From: Octopus vulgaris
Taxonomy: Eukaryota
Direction of reading: 5' to 3'
Assembly (NCBI GenBank): GCA_951406725.2
Contig: OX597819.1
Span: 81,468,001-81,532,000, forward strand
Length of the DNA stretch: 64,000 nt
The translations under genes were made by a program, and so were the position numbers. Below, piece after piece: positions 27,867-41,037 of the stretch (the stretch's first letter is position 1; every line of letters begins with the position of its first letter). The notes below the pieces were generated by a model. That model was not told the origin of the DNA. It did no database searches and saw only the letters and a list, made by a program, of their open reading frames with translations.

Positions 27867-28483
27867 GTAATAATAGCTATTACAGGAAGAACTATAAGAT
27901 TCTGCCTAAACACTTTTGGCAGCAACTATAAATTCATTATAAGTTGGCTGCTTTCAGAGAAGAGGTTTGGGTATTTCTTAAAATCCCATTGCCGAATAAT
28001 CACTGCATAATATATTGGCTACTAAACTTGCTGAGCTGGCAATAAATAATTGCTATCCATTTATGTTTGATAATTATTGCATTTCCAGCTTTATGTGAAA
28101 TATGACAACAAAGATCACCATGTATAGATTCACTGTTGGAAAAGCCTCAGCTACTCAGTTTAACAGCATAGTAAGGAATTACCTTTAATTAATTAATCAA
28201 AAGTCAATATGTCACCTTCAAATACTAATTTTATTATATTAACGTCATTAAAGGGAATAAATTGAAAAAAATCTTAAACTGAGCATATTGACTGTTAAGA
28301 TGGTGAAGTTCAGATGGTGCACTGTTGGACAATGATAATGCGTTCTAATCATACTACAGTCATTGAGTTGTGCTCTAAGACAAGGCGCTTAATCTTGCTT
28401 ACTTTATTTTTCAAAAAGTAAAAATCAAATCAAAACAAACGTATTTCACATTTGGCAGTTGTAAGTGAATTTATCATTTAAAA

Positions 28484-28766
28484 CACTGGTTCCCAAACAT
28501 CTATTTCTTATGGACCCCTTTGATTCCTATTTTGCTCAGGTGGAACCTCATAGCTATTTGATGTTTAAAAAATGTTCAGTTAGATTTTTATAATTACATA
28601 TTATTAGGAATTGCATAAAAATGTTGTTAAAATATTTTGTGTACTGTTGGAGTATGAGCATTTTATTGCACATAAATTTTAACAACAAAATCTTATATGG
28701 ACCCCCACTGATTTAAAAGAAATGCTCATAGAAAAACATCTCACTTTTGCAAGTTTGAGAAAACTG
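28484..28766. mobile_element. hAT/Charlie-type MITE
   Basis: Termini CACTGGTTCCCAAAC and GTTTGAGAAAACTG; internal repeated tatggacccc; TSD not clearly preserved. Confidence 0.55.
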
Positions 28767-28959
28767 GTTCAAATAGTATTTTTAAAAAAGGGCAAGAAAT
28801 GGGTTGGATTTCAGGAAATATCTCTTCCCTTAGAAAAATACCAACTTCTAAGAAACAACAGAACGTTGCCTTTTAGAAGTTGGCAATATACTTCCGCAAG
28901 TTATAGTAAAAGACTTGCTGTGACAGTCATTCTTAAAGAGACAGATACTGGTCACTTAA

Positions 28960-29176
28960 CTTTTTAACACCTGCACTGGTTATATCCAGCCTAAATATTC
29001 CACTGTTCTATGTTCAAACAGACCAGATCTAATCTCTCATACGAACCCTACTATGTCATTCTAAAAATAAACAATCACCTCATCAAAATCTCAAAGCTAT
29101 GAGATAATGCATGGCTAATTCAAAATAATATGAATAAACAAACATTACATTTGACACAGTAATTTTAATTCAAGAG
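28960..29176. mobile_element. piggyBac-type MITE, second copy (217 bp)
   Basis: TTAA at 28956-28959 and 29177-29180; internal sequence is the reverse-complement homologue of 18697-18914. Confidence 0.75.
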
Positions 29177-29324
29177 TTAAAACTTGAACATTATAAGTTA
29201 CTTGATATGGGACTGTGTGTTGAAGTTGAAATAATTAAATCATGGGAGAGTCATTTGAGCCACCTAAGAACACACATTACCTTCACTTTTCAGATATTAA
29301 TATATCAAAAAAATATTTAAGGCA

Positions 29325-29480
29325 ACAAGCTGGCAGAATTGTAATCACACCGGTCAAAATGCTTAGCAGCATTTCATCCATCTTTACTTTCTAAGTTCAA
29401 ATTCCACTGAGGTCAACTTTCATCCTTTCATGGTCAATAAAATAAATATCAGTTGAGCACTTATTCCCGCCCCTGAACTT
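29325..29480 (+). mobile_element. tRNA-derived SINE family B (partial)
   Basis: ggcaacaagctggcagaatt...aaatgcttagcagcatttc...gttcaaattcc...gaggtcaac. Confidence 0.75.
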
Positions 29481-29984
29481 GCAGGCTTTGTACCAAAATT
29501 TGAAACCAATTCAAAACCAATATATCAAAAATTTATCAAAAATATCAAAATTTTTATGCATTTCTGCACTCTGGTTATAAACACAGTTCTATCCACTGAG
29601 ATGCAGTGGAATTGTATAAGCACTGTGGAACTGTGACAGTTATGAGGTTTGTAGAAGCATGAAGTAATTTTGGAATATTGAGAAATAAACTAAAATTGAA
29701 TATATCAGTTTTTTGTGTTCTTAGGTCATTAAAATAGTTCTGTGATTTTCTTGTAATTAAATTGAGTTAGTAGCCAGTGTCTAACTATATAATGTATCCT
29801 AGCACTACTGGTAGCAGAAGCTATTATGAACAAAGGTTAGTAACATTAAAATAAATACAAAACTATTTTCTATTTTCAAATCCATAAATGAAAAACTAAA
29901 CAAGATTGAATGTATAATAAGAAAGAAATTATTGTTCTTTATTAGTAATGGCTATTGTACTATCTACTTTTAGCTTTTAGTTTT

Positions 29985-30425
29985 CACTTATTTCAGTCAT
30001 TGGACTGCAGCCATAAAGGGGTTTTTAGTTGAGTATATCAACTCAGTATTAGTTCTTTAAAATTGGTATTTATTTTATCAATCTTTTTTACTGAGTTATG
30101 GAGATATAAACAAACCAACACCAGTTGTCAAACAGTTGGTGGGATATACACAAGAACAAATACACTTATTCTGACGTTACTAGCCTTTGTTCATAATAGT
30201 TTCTGGTACCAGTAGTGCTAGGATACATACGAGTACATACATATATATATACCGTATGTATATACACAATGGGTTTCTTTTAGTTTTCATCTACCAGACC
30301 CACTCACAAGGCTTTGATTGGCCTGGAGTTATAGTGGAAGGCACTTGCCCAAGGTGCCATGCAGTGGGATTGAACCCAGAACCATAAGGTTGCAAAACAA
30401 GCTTTCTAATCTCACAACCATGCCT
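29985..30425 (-). mobile_element. SINE family A
   Basis: Reverse-complement tail (ttatttcagtcattggactgcagcc) and head (cccaaggtgccatgcagtgggattgaaccc). Confidence 0.75.
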
Positions 30426-30919
30426 ACTTGTGAAAAATGTCCATATTCTTTGTCACAGTCTTAATATTCCACATTTTTCTCTCAACAATCTCTCAAAGAA
30501 GTATTAAAATGGGCACAGGTAAGGCAGAGTGGTTAACAAGTTTGTTATGCACCTTTATGCTTTTGGGTACAACTCCAGTGTGCAGTGCTTTGAAGTAATG
30601 TGACTAAAGTTTTTTGAGTTGAACTTGGTAGATGGAAACTGTATAGACAGAAGCCTGTTGAAGGGTTCTACTTTTTGGTGAGGTGGTAGACTTATTCTAT
30701 CACAGCCTTATCCTTGGAAACCTTCAATGGAAACCATTCTGTTGCAAGCATTCAAACCAGATCTTCAGTCTGAGGATAACTTCCACTGTCCCCTACACCA
30801 CCCTCTGACTAAATTATCTTTTAACCAAAACTATAAGTAGCCCAGTCCTCTCCTGTCTCCCTCCTATTACAGCAGTAATTTTGTATATATAAATAAAATA
30901 AAATAAAACAAATACATTA

Positions 30920-32627
30920 CACTGGGAACATTTAAAAAAAAAAAGTTTTTAGTTATCTTGCTTTTTACAATTTTTCCTACCTAATTTGATGGTGTTGGCT
31001 TCAGAAATGCCCCCAGAAATTTTCTATCACATCAAGTTTTTTGTTAAACAGGAATTCATTTTTTTACCAAAAAACGTCAATTTTTCCATTAAATGCAAGA
31101 TTGAAATAAGAAACTAACACAAACCAAATAGTAGTTTTTATTGTTTAGCATATATTACACAAAATGTTTAATTACACATCTTAGAATAAATATTTCTGTC
31201 AAATTGGAGTTTGAACTACTCAAGGAATGAACAGTCTCTTTGTTGCTTTATGTGAATAAATTGCATCATGACAGTCTCTTTGCAGTGATCAGCAGTAGAC
31301 AGTACCATGTGGGTGTTCCACCTGCCTTGATACCTATTCCCCATGTTCTTGATGTCTTGGTAGAATCTTTTTCCTTGCTCATCACTATTGAAAGAAATGC
31401 ACATTTATACTCGTGTTGCAGCCCAGTGCTCAAAAACTGGTTAACAGAGTCTGCACAAGATCTTCATAATTTGATGGCTTCCTGTTTCTCAGGAAATCCG
31501 AAACAACTGCAACAAAAGCATTCCATGCTTCTTTTTCATTGCCAGACATGGTCTCCAAAAATAGCTCATCCTGCAATAGTCACCTAATATGTGGCCCATT
31601 AAACACTCCAACCTTATTTTTCTCAACAGACAAAGCTGGAAACTTTCTGCTTAAGTCACTGCCTCAGTGTTTCAACACATGTTTTGCACACTATATGGGA
31701 TGCCCAAGCTTTGTCTTGTCACCCAGTTCCATGCTAAAATAAGTAAGGAAGTAAGGTAAGCTTTCTTCACAAAATCTGTGATTTTGTTTCATTGCCTAAT
31801 CCAGAAATAAGCAGAAGACATCAGGACTGTTTTTACATTCTCTTCTCTCACAACTGGCCATATTTCTGAAATACAAAAAATGTTCAAGCCAGTTGTCAGC
31901 TGGGAAAGCATTTTCAGATTAGTCAATAGTTATAAGGTAAACAAGTGCAGAATTCCATAAAGAGCATACATACCATGAAATTCTTACAGCTCTTTGACCA
32001 TGCTTAATGAAAAGTGAGCTTGGCCTATGTGACCTCACAATCAAAACATTAAGGGCACATTCAAAATACCCATTTTCATAAGAGACAGTTAAAAGTTCAA
32101 CAAAACACGTCTCATTTAGTTTGCAATGATAGTCACACTAAATTAAGCAAAGCGTGGGGATATCTACAGATAAATTCCGCAAAAATGAGTTGTATGGTGT
32201 CAAGGGCTGCAAAATATATGCTGTTTCTAAACATTTAATTGTATAAAGGACATTTCTATTATCATCATGGCATTTGAAACTGGTTAGGTTGAAAATACTG
32301 AAAGTTGCTCAAGCTTGATACTTTTTATTTACTAATGATACTTAAATCATAGCTTTTGTTTTCACTTTTGTTGTTATATTTACTTTAAATGACATAGGAA
32401 AACTATGTTTTCAAAATTATGCCAAGCTTTATACATGGGTTCGCATTTGATGAAGTCAAATCTACCCTTAGACATGGTGACAATATCAGAAATGTTGAAA
32501 AATGGACATCTTAGTTTGTGAAAATGACACGATAGAGCAAAATGGATTTCATTTTTGAAATCAGCACCTCTGAATTAGTAGGAAACATGTCGCCAACATC
32601 AGACAACAAAAACCCTGTTCCCCTGTG
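30920..32627 (-). mobile_element. Chapaev3-like (CMC) DNA transposon, internally deleted and decayed
   Basis: TIRs CACTGGGAACA / TGTTCCCCTGTG with TTA on both sides; minus-strand MASCERRECKNSPDVFC...ITDFVKKAY...IVCKTCVETLRQ joined directly to KFPALS...GVFNGPHIR...EKEAWNAF...SDEQGKRFYQDIKNMGNRYQGRW. Confidence 0.8.
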
Positions 32628-33857
32628 TTATGGATCAAAGCTTTCATGTTTTACCATCAATTTTTTTATTCCATTCTTTTTAATAAGCAGTTTTACAGTC
32701 AACCATAGTTAACTGCACAGATGATGTCTATGAGTAATTAAGTCTCTAAAATATACTAATTTACATGCCTACCTAAATACAACTATTCATTCCAGTAGAG
32801 GCAAATGAGAACATTTGATGCATTTCTACATTGTGCATCATCAATAATGAATACTTAATATATTTTTTCTTACAAATTCATCGTAAGTACAACTTCATAC
32901 GTTCATTCATATTTGTACCACTTACAAAAAGTGCAACTTCAGGCAAAAGTTAATATTTAAACTCTACCTTTTCTGTATATTGTTTATATAAGTACTATGA
33001 ACTTAGTATCCTCTAACTTGCTGTACTAAATATAAAAAGAAAATGGAATTGTCATGTCTAACATTTATAGCTGAGATAACATCATTACAAAAAAACAAAA
33101 ATCCCACTGATATATTTAGATATAAACTTTAATATTCAGACTCTTTATCGTGAAAACACATAACTATACTACAATAAAATGCTTTATTACACTTATCAAC
33201 ATTTTATGATATTAATAAACAAACTCTGGTTTCTTAGTACCTACTTCGATAGAACAGACGTGACAATGTCTCATACATACATTCATACATACTTACATAC
33301 ATATCGGTAATCAACATTTGTTGTTTTATTCTGTGGATTTCTTTATCTACTGTTTCATTTGTGGAAGAGAATCTAAACAACATGAGATAAGAAATCCACA
33401 AAACACAGTAATTAACAATGGATATTTAAAAAGACTAAACTACTGATGAACTATTATATATGTGTATATATAATTGTACATATTTATATATATGTAAGTA
33501 TGTCTGTCTGTCTGTCTGTTTTTCTGTCTGTCTATATGTATGTATATTGATGCTGATTTGAATAGAGCATTTAGTTCTATCTTTTAATGAACAAAATAGC
33601 AAAGAACATAATTTGACTGATATTACAAATCATAACAGGAATAGTTAATCTCTGTTGATGACTTATGCATGATTAATATGACAATATATGTTAGAACTGA
33701 ACTACACCAAGGAGATAAGTTTTTTTCTCACATTTTCGTTATTTTAAGATTTCTCTATAGTTGCAGGCATGGTTGTATGGTTAAGGAGCTTTCTTTGCAA
33801 CAGCATAGTTTCAGGTTCAGTTCAACTGCACAGCACTGTGTAGAAGCATATTGTGCA

Positions 33858-33901
<44 letters not shown>

Positions 33902-34145
33902 TACAGAGTGCAGTGGAATATATTGTCATCTAAATTATGCAAAAATGAAAACTTAGAATTTTGTTTTCCAATAATAGTAATGTATATGACTTGAGACGTT
34001 TGCCATGCCTTAATGTTTGCTGTTCTATTTAACAATGATATATATACATATATATATATGTATATATAAATATATATACATACATTCATAGTACATACAT
34101 ATGTACATATGTATTTATTTACATATTTGCACATATATATATATA

Positions 34146-35002
34146 CAGGGCGCGATGAACAAACTCTTGACTAAATTACACAAAAATGAAAAGAACACTG
34201 ATATCTCATTTTAACAGATATATTTATCAAAATTACATAAAAATATCTTGAAATACTTAAGAGTAAATTTATTCAATAAAATTGCCATTAGCTTCAACAA
34301 CGGCCTCCAGATGACTTTGGAATCTCCTGCAACTCTTCTGGATGGTCTCCTTGTTGGTGAATGTTGCCATAATCTTTGCCTTCAGTTCATCTTTGGAGTA
34401 ACAAGGAGGTTTGTTGGTCTTTCACTCAACTACACCACACACATAATAATCAAGGGGGTTGCAGTCTGGGGAGTTAGGGGTGATGTGGTCACAAAAATTG
34501 TTTGACACCCACAACTGGGTTCTCCTGCTTGTGTGGCATGGTGCAGAGTCCTGTTGCCAGACATAGGATCTTCCAGCAGCCTCACTCTTGACTCAGAGCA
34601 GCACTCCCTCGTCCAGGTACCTGATGTAGGACTCTGTGTTATGTCTGAGGCCATGTGAGGAGATGAGTGGGGGTATAACATTGCCGTCGCTAGTGATCAC
34701 TCCAAACGTCATGATGTTGACTGGTTGTTTGATTTTTATCACTCTCAGTACGTCTTAGGGTCACGGCAAGCCAACGGTCATTCTGTGTGTTCACCATCTG
34801 TTTGTATTGGAGCTTCTGTCATGAATGCCAAGCTGTATGCCATGTTATTTCCAAATTTCTGGCAGAGCTAATTGCACCATGGTGCTGTTTTTTCTCACAG
34901 ACGACCCTACTACACTGTGTGGTCAAAAAAATCAAAAGCAAACAAGGCACATGCACAAAATTAAAAATATAAATTGCCAACAATTCACCCATCGCATCCT
35001 CT

Positions 35003-35005
<3 letters not shown>
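34146..35005 (-). mobile_element. maT/mori (DD37D-type) Tc1/mariner relic
   Basis: TA + CAGGGCGCGATG and an imperfect right TIR; minus strand PVNIMTFGVITSDG, VWQQDSAPCHTSRRTQ...NSPDCNPLDYY...LEAVVEANGNFIE*. Confidence 0.85.
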
Positions 35006-35083
<78 letters not shown>

Positions 35084-35150
35084 CGTGCGTGTGTGTGAAT
35101 GAATGTGAGTGTATCATCATGATGTCTGTGTTCCATACTGAAATGGAGTG

Positions 35151-36318
35151 TATGAGGTGGTATCAAAAAGTTCCCAGACTAGCTATGTTTAATAAGAAGC
35201 AACTAGTTACCTTGCACAGTAATACACTGGTTCCAGCATTCCTTTTACTTTTGGAATCTGGCCTGGAAGTCCAGGACCTTCTGTGATTCACTCTTGATCA
35301 CACAAATCATATTAAATGGCAACCTTTGAGCTGCATTTTCATCTTGGGGAAGAGATAAAAGTCTGCAGGTGCTAAATCTGGGGAATAGGGCAGGTGTGGA
35401 AGTAATACCATGTTGTTTTTGGCAAGAAACTTGTAAGAATCCAATTCTTCATGCTCCACTGATCCAGTCACTTTCACCAAATGTTCTCCCTCAAATGTTT
35501 CAAAACATTGCAGTAAAATTATTGAATGACAGTTTGGCCCTGGAGGACAAATCCTCGATGTACAATACCACAGATGTTTAAAAAAAAATGAGGAGCATCC
35601 TCTTGATTGAGCTGTGGCTCTGTGGTACCTTCTTTGATCATAGAGATGAAGGGCTCTTCCATTGTGACAACTGTTGCTTCATCTCAGGCTCATACCCATA
35701 GACCCAACTCTCGTCACTGGTGATGGTCCTTGACATGCAGGATAGGTCATCAGTTACATGCTGATGGAGATCTTTACAGACTTTGACATGATATTCTTTC
35801 TACACAGTGGTCAGCAAGTGAACAACAGACTTGGCAGAGACACACTGCATGTTCAATTCAGACGTTAAGATTGCCTGCTTGAACCCATATGACAGACCAA
35901 TATCAGCAATGTCGTTGATTGTCCTCCAACGATTCTCAGTCGCAAGCTGATGAATTTTCTCCACATTTCAAGGAGTGACACTCATTCAGTAGCATGCCAA
36001 CAGATGGCAGCACATGGTTGTATGCACAGTAAGAGCTAACAGTGACCTTCATGAGGCAGTGTGCTGAGCAATATTGCTGTGTTTACTTCACAAGTTAAAA
36101 AATTTTTTGTTTTTGTGATTACGTGTATGCTGTTGTCTGCATTTACATAAAATAACTTCCAGGTCAGATTCCAAAAGTGGCAGGAACCCTGGGACCATGG
36201 GACCAGTGTATTGCTGCACAAGGTGATTATTTCAAAGGAGATGATGTTAAGACCTACTTGAATAAGTTACTTTTTACTAAACATAACTTGTCCAGGAGCC
36301 TGTTGATACTACCTCATA
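35151..36318. mobile_element. Composite mariner with two 3' ends in inverted orientation
   Basis: TIRs tatgaggtggtatcaa / ttgatactacctcata; 35230-35982 minus strand carries ITSDESWVYGYEPE and PYSPDLAPADFYLFPK; 35990-36318 plus strand carries 5' UTR plus C-terminal WDQCIAAQGDYF. Confidence 0.8.
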
Positions 36319-37594
36319 CATTTTCAAGTACATTATTCTATCACATCATTAAACACTAAGATTTTTAAAAATAACAAGGGAAATGACTTGAGTGTGTATA
36401 GCATGAATTTAGGAAAGACTGTAGAAGGGTGAGGAACAATCAATCATTATCATCATCATTTAGTATTTACTTTACCACACTTATGTGGGTTAGAAGGAAT
36501 TTGTTAAGGCCAATTTTTCTACAGCCAGATTCCTTTCCTATAACCAGCCCACACCTATTTCCAAGCAAAGTAATGTTTTCTCATGGCAAAACATGCCTTT
36601 CAGGAAAGAAAATCTCACTTGTATGATGAAGACGATGATGATGATAATGATGATGATGCTCAGTTACAAATATGTGATGACTATACTATGGTACACACAA
36701 CCATACACATACACACACATCTATGCATACACACATATATATGTACATGACAAATTACCTTGGATGTTAATTCTACTTGAATTTATTAGTATCTGATTGA
36801 TTGATATAGTTAACCAAATTTGTTTAACACTGAATGCTTTATAGAGATCAACCTTGATTTATTAATCCCTTTTACTTTTTAATATATATTTATCATCATC
36901 ATCATCATCATCATCATCGTTTAATGTTCATTTTCCATGCTGTTATTTGCTGGTATTTGTTTGACTATAGCTGGCAAGCAGGAGAGCTGCACAAGGTTCC
37001 AATCAGATTTGAGCTGGTTTCTGTGACTCAGTGCCCTTCTTAATTCCAACCACTTTATAGAGTGTGTTTTTTATATCTTTATGAAAGACAAACTTTTCTT
37101 CAGTTTTCATCAACCAAATCCACTCACAAGACTCTTGCCCAAGATGCCATACAATGGGACTGAACCCAAAACCACATGGTTGGGAGACAGGCTTCTAAAC
37201 CATTCAGCAATACCTGCATCTATTGAATGATGTATGCAAAAAATTCTTTCTCTCTCTCCTGCTTCATGTACTCTGCTTTGTAGGTCTCAGTAAGCATGAG
37301 CTTCAAAGCAAAGATCTGAAGATTACTGATTTTTCTTAGAAAGATACAAAAGTGGTTTGCTGTTGCCTTCTGCCAATTTATTTAGAATTTACTCTACTAG
37401 TTTCATGCTTTCTTAAGAATATCTTTGAAGCACAGGAGGACTGGTTTACATAGTACCAGGGTACTTCTCAATTAATTGAAATTTTTTCTTGGTTGAAGAA
37501 AAAAAAGAAGCAAAGTTTGGCAGAAAATGTTTGCAACACTTGAAGAAAAGAGAAGGGAAATAATTTCTAAAAATCAGCTTCAAATTTGGGCATA

Positions 37595-37792
37595 ACGTCA
37601 GCAATTTTGGGGGCAGGTTAATTCAATTACATCAACCCCAGTGATCAATTGGTACTTATTTTATCGACCCTGAAAGGATGAAAGGCAAATTCAACTTAGC
37701 AGAATTTGAACTTAGAATGTAAAGACAGCCAAAATGCCACGAAGCATTTTGCTCAGCATGCTAACAATTTCACCATCTTGCCACCTTCAGTA
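37595..37792 (-). mobile_element. SINE family B
   Basis: tcgaccctgaaaggatgaaaggcaaa...gaatttgaac...aagcattttgctcagcatgctaac. Confidence 0.8.
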
Positions 37793-38119
37793 ATTTTCAG
37801 AAATTAAGAATTAATATTACAAAATTAATTTACATGTTTTGGAACAATTAGATCTTTGTTTGTAGGCAAAGTGATAGCTATGGTCATGTTTCAGTCATAT
37901 TGGTCCTCTCCAGCAGAGTGTAGTCAAATGCAAGCCTGCTGGATCAGTCAACAAATGGTTTTATGTACAGAAAGAACAAATGATGTTGGAGGCTTACCTT
38001 CATGCTGTAAACACTCTCACTGATTTCTTCTGCTATTTTTTAAAATTTCTTTCTTATTAATACATTGCTCTCTTATAATACAGAATCTGATCAAATCATT
38101 ATTAATGAACAGAACAGAT

Positions 38120-38522
38120 ACGGCTGTGTGTCTAAGAAACTCACTTTACAACCACCAGTGTTTGGGCTCAGTTCCACTGCACAGTACCTTGAGCAGTGGA
38201 GCTGAAACTTTTTCTGCTATTGCCCTGGGCTGATAAATGCTTAGTGAGTGGATTGAGATAAAAAAAAAAACCATGTGAAAGTCCATTCTATATATATGTC
38301 TGTATTCACATATGTCTTTATGTTTGGCAATCACCACCATCATTTGACAACCAGTGTTGGTTTGTTTACATCCTCATAATTTACTGATTCAGCAAAAGAG
38401 TCCAATAGAATAGGCGTCAGCCTTACTAAATAAGTACTGGTGTTGATCCATTCAACTAACTCTTCGATGTAGTGCCCAAGCACGGATGTAGTCCAATGTC
38501 TAAGCTAAGTAAAAGATAAAAA
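38120..38522 (+). mobile_element. SINE family A
   Basis: Head tacggctgtgtg...gggctcagttccactgc; tail ...aagtaaaagataaa. Confidence 0.75.
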
Positions 38523-38879
38523 AATATTTCACATTGATGGGTTATATCTTTAGTTATATTTTTTAATATTGTTATTTCCATTGCTTTGACAAATTCTTAA
38601 AATTGATTTCCTTTATTTTTTCATTCTTTAAGTCTTGAACAAACTTCCCTGTGTACCTTACTCTCCCTAACATCTCACTATTTGGTGTTTTACATGTTAT
38701 TTAATCTGGTTAACAATTAGAAACTTATATAACTTGATAGAAACCGAACATCAGTCACATCAAAACAAATATAATATAAAGGTTGAAAGTTACTTACACG
38801 CATGAAGAGTAAAAACAAATTATATAAATGTATATATATATATGTATGTATGTATGTATTTATTTATGTATGTATGTAA

Positions 38880-39100
38880 ATGCCAGTCCCACCTGACTGG
38901 CTCCCATGCCAGTGGCACGTAAAATGCACCCACTACACTCTCAGAGTGGTTGGCATTAGAAAGGGCATCCAGCTGTAGAAACATTTTGCCAAATCATATT
39001 GGAGCCTAGTGCAGCCTCCTGGCTTGCCAGTCCTCAGTCTAACCGTCCAACCCATGCTGGCATGAAAAATGGACGTTAAACAATGATGATGATGATGATG
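38880..39100 (+). mobile_element. RTE T1 tail
   Basis: gtggcacgtaaaatgcacccactacactctcagagtggttggcattagaaagggcatccagctgtagaa...ggacgttaaacaatgatgatgat. Confidence 0.85.
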
Positions 39101-40461
39101 TGTATGTATGCATTATTGTGTTATTGATATCTCAAGATTTATTTGCCAAACACAGTTCTGAATCTAAAACAGCCACCAAATTTAGGTATTCTAAATTCTA
39201 CCCTATACATAATTCCAGACAGTGAAATAATAGAATTTACTTCGACATCTACCATAGATTTGCAGTTATAAAACATACAAGATGACTGGAGATTTCACTA
39301 GCTACAACTTCAAAACAATGATTATGACAACTTATCAATATTACATAAGAGTTTTGGATTACTTTTATCTTGTTAAACTTCTTGATCTTCATTTCTGGTC
39401 TTCCCAAATGTATCATATTTCATTGATATTATTCATATTGTTTTGATATTCACTAGAAAGCAATATATATTAGAGCGTTTCAATTAATTTCCAGACAATC
39501 TGTTTTTAATTGCAGTAAATAGTTCTCAATATGGGTACCATCAACCAAGATTGACTGAACTATCAATCACTTTTGTCATGTATTATTACTTGCCATTCAA
39601 AAGCAGTAAGCCAATAGACAAAGTACTACACAAAGTACTTAATGACATTCCATGTCTTTATGTTCTGAGATCAAATCCTGCCACGGTCAGCTTTGCCTTT
39701 CGTCCTTTCAGAGTTGATAAAATAAGTACCAGTTAATCACTGGGGTCGATGTAATCAACTTGACCCCATCCCTCAAAATTTCAGGCATTTTGCCTATGGT
39801 AGAAAGGATTATTACTTGCCTTTCAACCATCAGCAATCTTATGACACCTCACATGTCTTTATAAGTTCTTTTTACTATTATACTCCCAATTCTAAATGTT
39901 TGGAAAATTTATTTTCTTTAGAGGTGGAAAGTAACTATATCTACAGCAGAATGTCTTTTAAGCATTAAACACTTAATGCTGAAATAAAAATGGAACCTGT
40001 TTTCTATCAGTTAGGCAGACTAGAACAGACAGAGACACATACTTTGATAGGTGTTGCAAGATTAGAAGTCATGATCATCAGGTCAGTAGTCCAGTAACCT
40101 TAATCTGATACCTAATCATCATCATCAATTTGACATCCACTTCTCAATAGGTCAAATAGAATTTGCCGAAATGGATTTTCTACATTTGGATGCCCCCAGC
40201 CGCCATTACAAACCTTTGCCTATTTTCAAGTAAGGTAATATTTTCCCACTACCAGACATGGAAGACAGGAAATGAAGGACACCACTTGCATTCTGGTGAC
40301 ACACACAACTATAACATAATGCCAAGGCAAAGACACAGTAACACACACACACACACACACAAATATTGAACGATGAGAATGAGTGCCCAACACCACATTG
40401 GTGGAGATAGATCCCTTATTTGTGTAGTGTTAATAACGGTAGTCTTAATACACAAATAAAG

Positions 40462-40507
<46 letters not shown>

Positions 40508-40534
40508 CATATATATATGTATATATATGTATAT

Positions 40535-41037
40535 AAAAAATCAAACCAAATCAAAATAGATGAACATCAATGGAATTTGTATCTTTGTGGTACCAGTGCC
40601 GGTGGCACACAAGAAAACCATCTGAACGTGGCCGTAGCCAGTACCGCTTCGACTGGCCTCCGTGCTGTGGGCACGTAACAAACACCATCCGATCGTGGCC
40701 GTTCGCCAGCCTCATCTGGCACCTGTGTCGGTGGCACATAAAAACACCATCCGATCGTGGCCGTCTGCCAGCCTCGTCTGGCACCTGTGTCGATGGCACA
40801 TAAAAAACACCATCCAAGCGTGGCCGTTCGCCAGCCTCGTCTGGCACCTGTGTCGGTGGCACATAAAATCACCCACTACACTCTCGGAGTGGTTGGCGTT
40901 AGGAAGGGCATCCAGCTGTAGAAACACTGCCAGATCTGACTGGCCTGGTGCAGCCTTCGGGCTCCCCAGACCCCAGTTGAACCGTCCAACCCATGCTAGC
41001 ATGGAAAGCGGACGTTAAATGATGATGATGATGATGA

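Noticed and set aside
33048-33267. Solo LTR or MITE with TGTCA(T/C)GTCT termini
   Set aside because: Only an 11/12-bp inverted match, no 4-6 bp TSD and no second copy in the window
40602-40866. CRISPR-like array
   Set aside because: Units are contiguous near-identical repeats without unique spacers, inside a eukaryotic retroposon tail, and no cas genes are present
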